A DNA stretch of 64,000 nt from contig CAVXWP010000001.1 of the NCBI GenBank assembly GCA_963765495.1, positions 416,001 to 480,000 on the forward strand. The letters run 5' to 3'. The stretch is from Blastocatellia bacterium (GTDB lineage: Bacteria; Acidobacteriota; Blastocatellia; UBA7656). Both the position numbers and the translations under genes were made by a program. Positions 1-9,487 of this stretch are shown here, piece by piece; position 1 is the first letter of the stretch; each line of letters begins with the position of its first letter. Below the pieces are notes generated by a model, which saw only the letters and a program-made list of their open reading frames with translations, made no database searches and was not told the DNA's origin.

Positions 1-1
1 T

Positions 2-802
2 TCCCGTGCGCATCAGGAAATCTCTGCCGAGTTCCGACATGCATCGCAAGCCTATGCCTTTGCCTCGCTCTGCGGGATTTACCCACACGCCTTCAAGATA
101 GACTACATCCGGCGTGTCGCTGACTATTTCGGCCTTGAACAAGAGCCTGCCATCCTCAACCCACACCCGGCTTTTGCCCGTCTCGATGCGGTGAGCGCAT
201 CGCCGCCGGAATCCTTCCGGGTCGGTTTCGAGCGGATCTATGCCGCTTTCTGCCAGCGCCGATTCGGCGTGCGCCGGGACGATGAGATCGAGATCGCTCA
301 TCGTCGCCACGCGCAAACCCGACATCTCTGTCTCTGTCTCAACGGGCCACCCCTGCTCAAATAAAAGCTCGCGGCAGTGGAGGCGGACTTCCTGCCCGCC
401 GTCGGAATAGTATTTCCAGAACGCCTGCGCCTTTTCCGGCTCGGCCAGTAACATAAACGCGCTTGGGCACTCCTTGGCCAGACGAGCGAAACCTTCGATG
501 GCCCGGTCACTCTGGGTCTCGAAAAGGATGAAGTGACCTATCAACGCTACGCCCTCGATCTCGCCTGTCATATCGCGGCAGGCATAGAAAGTGCCACGGT
601 TGTGAGGACTGACCATACCATTACTTCGAATGAATCCGGCCATTCCAAAAGTGTGAACCGGGCGTTCGGAAAGAAACGCCAGGACCTCGCCTTCTTCCTC
701 ACAGGTGAGCGCAGTGATTGATACAGGATTCTCTTGGCTCTTATTCATGCCTGGTACGGCTTCTATATTTTTTCTGTTTCTCGCCGTTGCATACATAATC
801 AT
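2..802 (-). CDS. GNAT-family N-acetyltransferase (3' end runs off window start)
   Basis: Not in the ORF track. My translation reads MIMYATARNRKNIEAVPGMNKSQE...LLFKAEIVSDTPDVVYLEGVWVNPAERGKGIG, ending in an acetyl-CoA-binding motif A (V.P..RGKG.G). GGAG precedes the ATG at 802, and the frame is open to the window edge. Confidence 0.8.
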   Translation of the reverse strand, partial: MIMYATARNRKNIEAVPGMNKSQENPVSITALTCEEEGEVLAFLSERPVHTFGMAGFIRSNGMVSPHNRGTFYACRDMTGEIEGVALIGHFILFETQSDRAIEGFARLAKECPSAFMLLAEPEKAQAFWKYYSDGGQEVRLHCRELLFEQGWPVETETEMSGLRVATMSDLDLIVPAHAESALAESGIDPLETDPEGFRRRCAHRIETGKSRVWVEDGRLLFKAEIVSDTPDVVYLEGVWVNPAERGKGIGLRCMSELGRDFLMRTG

Positions 803-883
803 TTCTCCCGATCTCAATTCAGTCAATCCTTTTCCGGCGCATGATGAACCATCAAAAGCCATGCGCCCTGTTTACTCTACGCT

Positions 884-2809
884 CTAGTTGTTCGGGTCTG
901 GATCGGGTTCGACGAGCATACTCGCCGTCTGCTCGCCACCAATCGCGGTCTGAGCAAGAGTCGATGCGGCCGTGGGCGATGTGGTAGACGCCAGATAACT
1001 GTCAGAGAGTATGGTCCCGCTGCCAAGCAAAGTTCCATCTGTGATCAGCACACCATTGCTGAGCAGCGTTCCTGCCGACAGCAGCGTTCCATTCGATAAG
1101 ATCGTACCGTTTGATAATATCACTCCTGCCGACAGCAACGTGCCCGTTGTAAGCAGCACACCGTTGCCAAGCAATACGCCATTGCTAAGCAATACGCCGT
1201 TGGTCAGCAGTGTCCCCGTACCGTAAATGCCCTGATACTTGAGTATCAGATCGTTGCCGTAGACGAAGTTCCATTTCTGAATCACTCCGCCGCCCCACGA
1301 GAAACTCTGTCCGCCTATCGTGGTCGATTGCGTTGGGGCCGCGCCGGTAAGCAGGCTTGCGCCCATGCTCAGCCCGGAAAGGTCCTGACGCACGAGCCCC
1401 GCAAGCCTCACCGCGCCTTCTACGTTTAACTCGCCTGCTCCCTGCTCGATGTTGGCAAACCCGGCAAGAGGCTGCGCCGTGTATTCGAGCATTGCTTTCA
1501 CCAGATTGGGCGTGAGGCTCGGATTTCTTTGCAGAATCAGCGCCGCCGCGCCGGCGACCGCCGGTGTGGCCATAGAGGTGCCGCTCATATACATCATGTC
1601 GTGCCCGGCAAACCAGCTTACGTTTGCGTCGAGCGAAGGAGTTTGCGCGACCAGCGCGTTGTTCGGAGATTTTGCTTCGATGATCTTGTTTCCCGGGGCA
1701 ACGAGGTCCGGCTTGATAAGGTTGTCGTAATTCTTCACGCCCAGCACGTTTGTCGTGTAACCACGTGTCGGCCCGCAAGAACTGTAGGTCGCAACCGTGT
1801 CGTCTGCGCGAGAGTTCGTCCCGTAAGTGTTCGTCGCCCCCACGGTGATGGCCGAAGGCTCGATGCCAGGCGAGTGTATCGCTCCATAGACCTTGGTTCC
1901 ATTGGCACTCTTGCCCAGGTTGCCTGCGGCCACACACACGACGATTCCGGCGTCGAAGGCCCTTCGAACCGCCTGGCACAGAGGATCGTTCGCATAAGAA
2001 TCGGTAGCCGTTGTGCCAAAGCTGAGATTGAGAACGCGGATGTTGTAAGCGACCCTGTTAGAGATACACCAGTCAATGCCCGCGATGGCGCTTGAGACCG
2101 AGCCCCGGCCCTGAGAATCGAGCACTCTGACATTGAGGATGCGGGCGGCGGGCGCGATACCGGTGTATGCCCCGTTGGCTACGTGAGAGCTCCCGGCTGC
2201 GACCGAGGCGACGTGTGTGCCGTGTCCATAAGGGTCGTCGGTTCTGCCTTCGCCTGTGAAATCCACATTGGCAGCTATCCTGCCTATGAAAGAGTGATGA
2301 TTGGCGTAGATGCCGGAGTCGAGGATGGCGATGCCTATGCCGGAGCCGTTTATCGTTCCAGTCGCGGTGGTGCCATAATTTCTGGCCATCGCCGCGCCGG
2401 TCGTGGTTTCAAGATGACCAGTCACCTGAGTGGGTCTGTCAAAAGAGATATAGCCCACGTCGGAGCGGCTGGTCAAAGCGGCTACCGCGGCAGGAGGCAG
2501 ATCAACGGCAACGAAATCCATATTGTTGTACATCTTGCGAAGGCTGCCGCCAAGCGCCCCCACCGATGTCAACAGCGCCCCGCGAGGCGAAGAATTGGTC
2601 TGAATGATGACGGGAATAAGCTTGTCGGTCTTTGATGCCATCTTCAATTGCAATTCGGGCGAAATCTTGTCGGATGATCCTTGCTTACTCTTCGAACCCG
2701 CCTGAACTACGCTGCCCGGTTCAAGCGACTGCCCAAAGGGGATGCCTACAAGGTAAGAAAGCATTATGACTGCCACAAGAATGCTCGATGGTTTCTTTGT
2801 TCTTTTCAT
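884..2809 (-). CDS. Secreted S8 subtilase (AprX-like) with C-terminal hexapeptide repeat tract
   Basis: Signal peptide, I9-like prodomain and catalytic motifs ILDSG, HGTHVA and SGTSMATP, followed by 12 x G[TV][LI][LI]xx repeats. Confidence 0.92.
   Translation of the reverse strand: MKRTKKPSSILVAVIMLSYLVGIPFGQSLEPGSVVQAGSKSKQGSSDKISPELQLKMASKTDKLIPVIIQTNSSPRGALLTSVGALGGSLRKMYNNMDFVAVDLPPAAVAALTSRSDVGYISFDRPTQVTGHLETTTGAAMARNYGTTATGTINGSGIGIAILDSGIYANHHSFIGRIAANVDFTGEGRTDDPYGHGTHVASVAAGSSHVANGAYTGIAPAARILNVRVLDSQGRGSVSSAIAGIDWCISNRVAYNIRVLNLSFGTTATDSYANDPLCQAVRRAFDAGIVVCVAAGNLGKSANGTKVYGAIHSPGIEPSAITVGATNTYGTNSRADDTVATYSSCGPTRGYTTNVLGVKNYDNLIKPDLVAPGNKIIEAKSPNNALVAQTPSLDANVSWFAGHDMMYMSGTSMATPAVAGAAALILQRNPSLTPNLVKAMLEYTAQPLAGFANIEQGAGELNVEGAVRLAGLVRQDLSGLSMGASLLTGAAPTQSTTIGGQSFSWGGGVIQKWNFVYGNDLILKYQGIYGTGTLLTNGVLLSNGVLLGNGVLLTTGTLLSAGVILSNGTILSNGTLLSAGTLLSNGVLITDGTLLGSGTILSDSYLASTTSPTAASTLAQTAIGGEQTASMLVEPDPDPNN
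1001..1216 (-). repeat. 12 tandem 18-bp (hexapeptide) repeats in the S8 C-terminus
   Basis: GTLLTN GVLLSN GVLLGN GVLLTT GTLLSA GVILSN GTILSN GTLLSA GTLLSN GVLITD GTLLGS GTILSD. Confidence 0.9.
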
Positions 2810-2963
2810 ATTTTTTCCTTTGATTTCCCGGTCTCAAATTGCAGCTTCCCTCTGGCCTGAGAAGAGAAATAATCCTGCCGACCGGCATCGGTAAGGCTCA
2901 TGATTTGTGTCTTAGCTTATCTCTTTCAACATTTATCCTGAGTTGACCCTTCGATAACTCTTC

Positions 2964-2979
2964 TTCAAGTTGTGTGCCA
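2964..2979 (-). promoter_or_regulatory. Putative sigma-54 (-24/-12) promoter of the S8/GNAT genes
   Basis: Minus strand reads TGGCAC-ACAAC-TTGAA versus consensus TGGCAC-N5-TTGCW (one mismatch), about 155 nt upstream of the S8 start. Confidence 0.55.
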
Positions 2980-3349
2980 TACCCGTCAGACAAATGACCG
3001 AAGCAAGGCAAGAGCTTTGCCCGAGAGCATTTTACCCAGAAGCTAAATCAACCGACATAAGCACTTAAGCGCCAGGTGGTCACAACCGGGCGGGGGTCGA
3101 AAAATCAAAATCATTTGATTGGAAACTCTGCAATAAAGATCGGAGCAGGTGTGCTCAGGCGAGGCGTTATTTCATTCAAATCGAGATGCATCAATCTGAA
3201 AAGTCATTTTGACCGATCCGCCCTACCCTTGCCGCCTCATATTCTGGTCGGACCATTCGGGCGAGCGACTGCCCCTAAATTGAAACTGGTCGCCGTGCAT
3301 GCTAATCTTTCTCCGACCGTTTCCTCTGACAAATCGGAGAGTACAATCG

Positions 3350-4330
3350 ATGTTGAAGGATCAAGTGCAACACCTTCTCAATTACAGGACCCCTCTCGCC
3401 GTGGGTTTGATGCTGATATTTTTCATACTTCCCACGGCGGCGCAACAGGGCGACAAGGCGATAAAGCTCGAATCCAATCTTGTCACGGTTGATGTGACGA
3501 TAACTGACAGAGACGGCAATTTCATCAGGAATTTGAAACCCGAGGACTTCACAATTTATCAGGATGACAGACCGCAGAAACTCGACTTCTTTGAGGCGAA
3601 CGAAGAAGCGACGCTGACGCGACCTATCGCTGCCGTCTTCGTGCTCGACATCTCAGGCAGCATCAAGCCCGAAGAGATAACCAGACAGCGCGAGGCGGCC
3701 GAATCCTTTATAAAGTTGCTCAATCCCGAATCAATGTTTGCGATCATCGCATTCAACCACGAAATAAAAGTCATTCAGGATTTTACAAACGACCCTCAAA
3801 AGATCAGCCGGGCGTTCCAGCACGTAGGCAAGGCGGAAGGCTCCACCAGATTATTCGGCTCGATAGACAAAGCCGTGGCGATGCTCAAGCGCGGGCCGCG
3901 CTTCCGCAAGGGCAGACGGTTGCGTCGCGTCGTCATCACGATAAGCGACGGCTACGATTCTGTGGACACCGTGGATCAGCGTGATTTGATACGCCGCGCA
4001 AACGACGCCGAGGTGACGGTCTATTCGATCACACTGCCTTCTTATACGCCGGGGCTCGGCAACAACCGGGCCATAACCCTGCTCGATGCCGCGCGTATCG
4101 TGCCGATGACGGGGGGGGCGGATTTCTCGGCCGACACAAACGATTTTACGCCCGTCTTCAAAGCGATTGCCGAAGAGATCAGGTCAAGCTACACGCTTGC
4201 CTATTATCCGAATGATGACGCGCGCGACGGGCGAACCCATAACATCCGGGTAGAAGTGAAACATAGCGGCGCGATTATTCGCACAAGCCGCAACAGCTAT
4301 CAATCTCAATCGCGAGGCGGCGAGCGGTAA
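3350..4330 (+). CDS. VWFA-related acidobacterial domain protein
   Basis: LVTVDVTITDRDG...L..EDF N-terminus, MIDAS-like DISGS, ISDGYD, TGG, and a YTLAYYP...R.IRVEV C-terminus. GGAG precedes ATG 3350. Confidence 0.88.
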   Translation: MLKDQVQHLLNYRTPLAVGLMLIFFILPTAAQQGDKAIKLESNLVTVDVTITDRDGNFIRNLKPEDFTIYQDDRPQKLDFFEANEEATLTRPIAAVFVLDISGSIKPEEITRQREAAESFIKLLNPESMFAIIAFNHEIKVIQDFTNDPQKISRAFQHVGKAEGSTRLFGSIDKAVAMLKRGPRFRKGRRLRRVVITISDGYDSVDTVDQRDLIRRANDAEVTVYSITLPSYTPGLGNNRAITLLDAARIVPMTGGADFSADTNDFTPVFKAIAEEIRSSYTLAYYPNDDARDGRTHNIRVEVKHSGAIIRTSRNSYQSQSRGGER

Positions 4331-4356
4331 TTCCTCGCCTCAGACCGTACCCGGCC

Positions 4357-4398
4357 TTGTTCGGGAACTTTTGTTCGGGAACTTTTGTTCGGGAGCTT
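4357..4398 (+). repeat. 14-bp tandem repeat x3 (TTGTTCGGGAACTT)
   Basis: Three adjacent copies, the third with one mismatch, upstream of the gene at 4451. Confidence 0.85.
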
Positions 4399-4450
4399 TT
4401 ATTCGAGAAAGATTCCAACTCATTACAAACATCGACAGGAGCGCGCAAAG

Positions 4451-5692
4451 ATGGCGATAAAACAATTCGAACCGCAATTCATGAAAATCGGCGTGTTGAC
4501 GGCGGCCTTGCAGGAGCTTACGCCGAGAGAGATACGCGACCCCGACCCCGACCGCGCAATAGAAGACTGGCTGGCTTTTGCCTCCGAGCTTGGCGTCGAT
4601 TACATACAGTTGTCGGCGGCGCTGCATCCTAGCGAATCCGACGTTCCCGCAGAAGCCATGCTCGACCCCGTGGCCAACACTCTCGACCTCCGCGAGCCTT
4701 TCAACGAGCGCCGCGCCGCCCGCGTGCTTGCCGCCATGAAAGAGCATCACATAGGGCTGTCCGACATCGGGTACTTCGACAACATGCTCCACAACGATCC
4801 GGCGATCAGGCAGAAAAAGCACGATTTCATGTTGAGGATTTTCGACACCGCGACCCTGCTCGGAGTAGACGCCGTCTGCGGATTCGTAGGCCGAAACCAG
4901 ACCTTGAGCATGGATCAAAACCTGATCGATTTCGCCGAGCATTTCATCCCTCTTCTAAAAGAGGCCAAAGCGCGCGGGCTGACCTACAGAGTCGAGCAAT
5001 GCCCGATGCCCGGATGGACCACGGGCGATAATTTTCATAACAACATCGCCTACACTCCGGGAACCTGGATAGCGCTTCATCAAATATGCGAGAAGGCGGG
5101 CGTTGGCGATCATTTCCGCATCCATTACGATCCCTCGCACGCGATACTGATGGGACAGGATACGCGCTCGATATTCCAGTATCTGAAAGACTCGGGCTAC
5201 GGCTTCCTGATAGGCGGCTTCCACGTCAAGGGGCAGGTCATTGACGCGAAAGGCGTGGCCGCCTGGGGATACGGGGGGCAGACGGTCCAGCGCGGCGACT
5301 GGGTAAACGGCAAGCCTTCTGAAAACCCCGCCGATCAGGCCAATGCGTGGCTGAAACAGACCGTGTTGTGCGAACACGAATTGCCGGGAACGGCCCGTCA
5401 CGACCCGCTCGCTTATTTGCAGAACCGCACGGTTGACTGGCTGGATCATCAGCTTGCGGCGCGTGAACTCCTCGACCTCGACGTGGCAAACACGCACCTC
5501 ATAGTCGAGCACGAATACCCGCCCGCGAGGATTCAGGACAAAGAGCGGCTCAAGCCAATCCTCAAAGGCTCAATCGCTTTCACACGCAAGATAGATGAAG
5601 CGGCAGCCTGCATGTACGCCTTGCAACACGATGTGCTGGCATCGCAGGACATCCCGGTTCAGGGCGTAGGCAGACAGGCGTACCGCTCTTGA
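4451..5692 (+). CDS. Sugar phosphate isomerase/epimerase-family TIM-barrel protein (AP_endonuc_2)
   Basis: [20 protein letters not shown] and VEHE metal-ligand motifs. AGGAG precedes ATG 4451. Confidence 0.8.
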   Translation: MAIKQFEPQFMKIGVLTAALQELTPREIRDPDPDRAIEDWLAFASELGVDYIQLSAALHPSESDVPAEAMLDPVANTLDLREPFNERRAARVLAAMKEHHIGLSDIGYFDNMLHNDPAIRQKKHDFMLRIFDTATLLGVDAVCGFVGRNQTLSMDQNLIDFAEHFIPLLKEAKARGLTYRVEQCPMPGWTTGDNFHNNIAYTPGTWIALHQICEKAGVGDHFRIHYDPSHAILMGQDTRSIFQYLKDSGYGFLIGGFHVKGQVIDAKGVAAWGYGGQTVQRGDWVNGKPSENPADQANAWLKQTVLCEHELPGTARHDPLAYLQNRTVDWLDHQLAARELLDLDVANTHLIVEHEYPPARIQDKERLKPILKGSIAFTRKIDEAAACMYALQHDVLASQDIPVQGVGRQAYRS

Positions 5693-5720
5693 GGGATGAG
5701 GGATGAGGGATGAGGGATGA
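5690..5720 (+). repeat. Heptamer tandem repeat (TGAGGGA)x4
   Basis: Begins at the stop codon of the upstream gene. Confidence 0.85.
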
Positions 5721-5779
5721 AAAGGAGATATGGTCAACCTGTTTCAATCTCGGGGGATTACGTTGGCCTGACTGGTTTT

Positions 5780-5830
5780 GATCAGATCCGCGAAAATCCG
5801 CCCGATCCGCGTCCGTCCCGGGCTATTTCT
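5780..5830. repeat. Partial copy of the nonamer-periodic CGGAT/ATCCG palindrome family (family B)
   Basis: AGATCCGCGAAAATCCG...ATCCGCGT matches the right arm of the element at 27662. Confidence 0.6.
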
Positions 5831-5982
5831 ATTTTACCGAACGAGAGTTTGCAAGAAACCGCGAGGTCGGATGGTAGAGTTTGCAATTCACCGGCTTGAC
5901 TTTTTGCGCTCGTGTAATAAAGTAAAGCCTGCATACGCAATCAGCTATCTGATCTCAAACGAAAATTTTATGGAGGCGCACG

Positions 5983-6600
5983 ATGTCAGAACAGCAAGAT
6001 AACATTACGCGGCGAGAGGCTCTCAAAAACATCTCGGTCGGCGTGGGAGTGATCGCCACTTTGCCCGTACTCAGCCAGTCAGCGCTCGGCGGGCAAGAGA
6101 TGGCGCACCAGCACATGCACACAGCGACGCAGACCGCGACCAGCGCGAAACCGCAGCCGCTCAAGTTTTTCACTCCTGCCGAAAACAAGACCGTCATCGA
6201 GATGTCTGAGCATATCATTCCGGCCGATGACTCTTCGCCGGGCGCAAAGGCCGCGCGCGTGAATGAATACATCGACCTGATCGTGAGCGAATCGGCCGAC
6301 AATACGAAAAAAGCGTGGCGCGACGGACTTGCCGCCGTCAATAAAATGAGTAAGGACAAGTACGGCAAAGAGTACGCCGAGGCGAGCGCCGACCAGCAGT
6401 TGGAATTGCTCAAAGAGATAAGCAAAAACGAGATGTCGCCAAAGACGCCGGAAGAGTATTTCTTCCGCACCATCAAGAGCATGACGATTGACGGCTATTA
6501 CACGTCTGAAATCGGCATACACACGGAGCTTAAATACAAGGGCAATTCGTACCTGAAAGAATTTCCCGGCTGCACGCACCCGGAGCATCAGAAGGGATGA
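5983..6600 (+). CDS. Gluconate 2-dehydrogenase subunit 3 family protein, Tat-exported
   Basis: Tat motif [23 protein letters not shown], and GYYTSEIG...Y.GN. Confidence 0.88.
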   Translation: MSEQQDNITRREALKNISVGVGVIATLPVLSQSALGGQEMAHQHMHTATQTATSAKPQPLKFFTPAENKTVIEMSEHIIPADDSSPGAKAARVNEYIDLIVSESADNTKKAWRDGLAAVNKMSKDKYGKEYAEASADQQLELLKEISKNEMSPKTPEEYFFRTIKSMTIDGYYTSEIGIHTELKYKGNSYLKEFPGCTHPEHQKG

Positions 6601-7373
6601 GAAGACTCTTACAATCACTGCCGGGCGTACTCCTGATTATTCTGCTCGCCTTTGCGGGATCAGGGCTTTCTACAGGGCGCGCTTTCGTCAGCCGCGCCAA
6701 ACATAAGGTGCTCTACCTGACTCACTCGGCCGGATTCAAGCACGATGTCCTTCCGCTTTCCGAGCAGATACTGGCGCAGATCGGCGAGCGAAGCGGCGAG
6801 TTTGAAGTGACGGCGACAGGGGATTGCTCGGTTTTGAGCCGCGAAGGGCTAAAGCCTTACGACGTGGTGGTCTTTTACACTACGGGCGAGTTGCCGATTT
6901 CCGATGAGCAGAAGGCGGCGTTTTTGAATTTTATAAAATCGGGCAAAGGCTTCATAGGCATTCACAGCGCCACCGATACGTTTTACAAGTGGCCCGAATA
7001 CGGTGAAATGATCGGCGGCTACTTTGACCAGCATCCCTGGCATCAGGAAGTCACCATCAAGGTCGAAGACAGAAAACATCCATCCACAAGCCATCTGGGC
7101 GAATCCTTCAAGATCACCGACGAGATTTATCAGTTTAAGGATTTTTCACGCTCTCGCGTGCACGTACTGCTCAGCCTCGACCCCGATTCAGTAGATCTGA
7201 ATGCGAAGAATGTTCACCGAACAGACAAAGATTTCGCCACCGCGTGGTGTCGCGATTACGGGCGGGGCCGCGTCTTTTACACCGCGCTCGGACACCGCCC
7301 GGAAGTCTGGCAGGATGAGCGATTTCAAAAGCATCTGCTCGGCGCATTGCGCTGGGTGACGGCAAAACATTGA
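6597..7373 (+). CDS. ThuA-domain protein
   Basis: [29 protein letters not shown] and [12 protein letters not shown] motifs, plus a signal peptide. Overlaps the upstream gene by ATGA. Confidence 0.9.
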   Translation: MRRLLQSLPGVLLIILLAFAGSGLSTGRAFVSRAKHKVLYLTHSAGFKHDVLPLSEQILAQIGERSGEFEVTATGDCSVLSREGLKPYDVVVFYTTGELPISDEQKAAFLNFIKSGKGFIGIHSATDTFYKWPEYGEMIGGYFDQHPWHQEVTIKVEDRKHPSTSHLGESFKITDEIYQFKDFSRSRVHVLLSLDPDSVDLNAKNVHRTDKDFATAWCRDYGRGRVFYTALGHRPEVWQDERFQKHLLGALRWVTAKH

Positions 7374-7375
7374 AG

Positions 7376-8230
7376 TCAAAACTGCAACGTCTTCAGGTAA
7401 TCGTAGCTCGTTTTGATGCTGTCAAACGGAGACCCCGGGCACTGATCCTGCTCAACGAAATAATGCTTGACGCCCGCCTTCGCTGACTCGGCGAAGATCG
7501 CTTTGAAATCGATCTGCCCACGGCCCACTTCGGTGAAACCGCGCGCGGGCGTGCGGTCCATGTCCTTTACGTGAAAGAGCGGGAACCGGCCCGGATAAAG
7601 GGCGAAATATTTCGCAGGCTCCTGATCGGCCTTTCTCATCCAGTAAAGGTCCATCTCCAGTTTGACGAGCGAAGAATCCGTGCTTGTGAGCAGCACGTCA
7701 TAAGGAACCTCGTTGTCGAATTTCTGGAACTCAAAATCGTGATTGTGATAGGCAAACTGGATTCCCGCTTTCTTACATTTTTCTCCGGCCTTGTTAAATA
7801 GCTCGGCCAGTCGCTTGTAATCGTCAAGCGATTTCCGCTCTTCGGGAAACAGATAAGAGCAGACCAGATATTTATGGCCTATCGCGTGCGCCGCTTCGAT
7901 GTTTTTATCAAGCTCGTCGCGCACAACTTTCGCTATGATGTGAGCCGAAGGCGCGACCAGCTTGTTTTTGTCAAGCACCATCCTCACCTGCTTGGGCGTG
8001 CGGTCGTAGTAGCCCGCAAACTCGACTTCTCTGTAGCCGATTCCCGCCACACGGGCGAGCGTCCCTTCGAAATCATCCTTCATCTGATCTCTCACGGTGT
8101 AGAGTTGTACGCCTATCTTTTCTATTTTGTGACCGGCGTAATTACCCAGACCCGATTTGGCCGCCCACAACATAGGAACGCTCATCGCCGCGTATCCGAG
8201 AAAGCTTCTTCGATCAATTATTTTTGCCAT
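7376..8230 (-). CDS. Tat-exported sugar phosphate isomerase/epimerase (IolE/MocC-like TIM barrel)
   Basis: DRRSFL Tat motif, GVQLYTVR, YHNHDFEF, EMDLYW, HVKD, VEQD. Confidence 0.88.
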   Translation of the reverse strand: MAKIIDRRSFLGYAAMSVPMLWAAKSGLGNYAGHKIEKIGVQLYTVRDQMKDDFEGTLARVAGIGYREVEFAGYYDRTPKQVRMVLDKNKLVAPSAHIIAKVVRDELDKNIEAAHAIGHKYLVCSYLFPEERKSLDDYKRLAELFNKAGEKCKKAGIQFAYHNHDFEFQKFDNEVPYDVLLTSTDSSLVKLEMDLYWMRKADQEPAKYFALYPGRFPLFHVKDMDRTPARGFTEVGRGQIDFKAIFAESAKAGVKHYFVEQDQCPGSPFDSIKTSYDYLKTLQF

Positions 8231-8279
8231 TTTGAAGCACTCTTATGATCACTCGTTAGAATTTAAACCAAAACAGGGA

Positions 8280-9371
8280 TTACGGCCGGGCGACGCTGAA
8301 CTCGCTCGACAGCACCCCGTCTGAATTTTTCACCTGTATCAAGACAGATTCGCCTGCGGGCAGTTTCTTGATTTTCTTGCCCACTTTCTTGCCGACAAGC
8401 GTTGTCGGGGCTTGTCCGTCGTGGATGGTTTTTTGCTCTTTCCCGTTCATCAGGATTATCGCGCCGCCGTCGAAATTATGCCCTATCACTACCAGATTCT
8501 TTCCCGTGATTGTGGCGCTGTCGATGACGGGGTGATCGAAATCTGAGTTGGAGTCCTTATAGACTCGCACATAATCCACGGTCATGGTTTGCGGGAAGAT
8601 GGATGTTGAATCAGGGTTGCCCGGCCAGCCCCCGCCCACGGCCACGTTCAGCAGAATAAAGAATGGGTGGTCATAGACCCATCGCCCGCCCGAGGGGAGG
8701 TCTGCCGGAATCCTGGTCTCATAGAGTTTTCCGTCTACATAAAATCTGATGGCGGTCGGCTCCCATTCGATACCGAATACGTGAAAATCGTCTGAGAAAT
8801 GCTGGCCGTTTTCAAGCGAGATGGATGAGCCGATAGAGTTGCCGCCTGAATAGCCGGGGCCGTGAATGGTGCCGTACGCGGTGGACGGTTCGCGGCCTAT
8901 GTTTTCCATTATGTCTATCTCTCCGCAACCGGGCCAGCCGACCGCCCCAACGTCATTACCAAGCATCCAGAAGGCCGGCCATATCCCCTGACCAAACGGC
9001 ACCCGTATTCGCGCTTCGATGCGTCCATATCTCTGACTGAATTTCCCCTGCGTGAGCAGGCGAGCCGATGTGTAGCCGCGTTTTACACGATCAGCCCCCT
9101 TATAGTCTTCCTTGATGGCTTTTATGACGAGGTTCCCCTGTCCGTCAAGAAAAGCGTTTTCAGGACGATTCGTATAATATTCAAGCTCGTTATTGCCCCA
9201 TCCGTTTCCGCCTATGTCGTAATTCCATTTCGTAGGATCAGGAACCGAACCCGCCGGGCCGTCAAATTCGTCGGACCAGACGAGCGTCCAGTCCTGCGCC
9301 TTCGCAGTCCCGGCCTGCGCAATCATCCAGACAAAAAATGCGGCAACGATCAAATATTGCTTTCTATTCAT
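8280..9371 (-). CDS. GH16 beta-1,3-glucanase/laminarinase with C-terminal Ig-like domain
   Basis: WSDEFDG, GWGNNELEYY, WPAFWMLG, catalytic EIDIME and NVAVGGGWPG, with an extra ~85-aa C-terminal domain. Confidence 0.93.
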   Translation of the reverse strand: MNRKQYLIVAAFFVWMIAQAGTAKAQDWTLVWSDEFDGPAGSVPDPTKWNYDIGGNGWGNNELEYYTNRPENAFLDGQGNLVIKAIKEDYKGADRVKRGYTSARLLTQGKFSQRYGRIEARIRVPFGQGIWPAFWMLGNDVGAVGWPGCGEIDIMENIGREPSTAYGTIHGPGYSGGNSIGSSISLENGQHFSDDFHVFGIEWEPTAIRFYVDGKLYETRIPADLPSGGRWVYDHPFFILLNVAVGGGWPGNPDSTSIFPQTMTVDYVRVYKDSNSDFDHPVIDSATITGKNLVVIGHNFDGGAIILMNGKEQKTIHDGQAPTTLVGKKVGKKIKKLPAGESVLIQVKNSDGVLSSEFSVARP

Positions 9372-9382
9372 ACTCGCCCCAA

Positions 9383-9482
9383 TGATAAGTGATTCGTGAT
9401 GCGCGATTCGTGATAGTCAGGTACATGACTGTTAACAGTCAATTGAATATTTCACGAATCACGCGTCACGAATCACTTATCA
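9383..9482. repeat. Palindromic element with heptamer-repeat arms (family A)
   Basis: 31-bp inverted arms (2 mismatches) built of GTGATTC/GTGATGC heptamers, with internal palindrome TGACTGTTAACAGTCA. Confidence 0.8.
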
Positions 9483-9487
9483 GCCCT

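Noticed and set aside
4357-5720. Short direct repeats as a possible CRISPR array
   Set aside because: The repeats are contiguous 7- or 14-bp units with no spacers, and there are no cas genes in the window.
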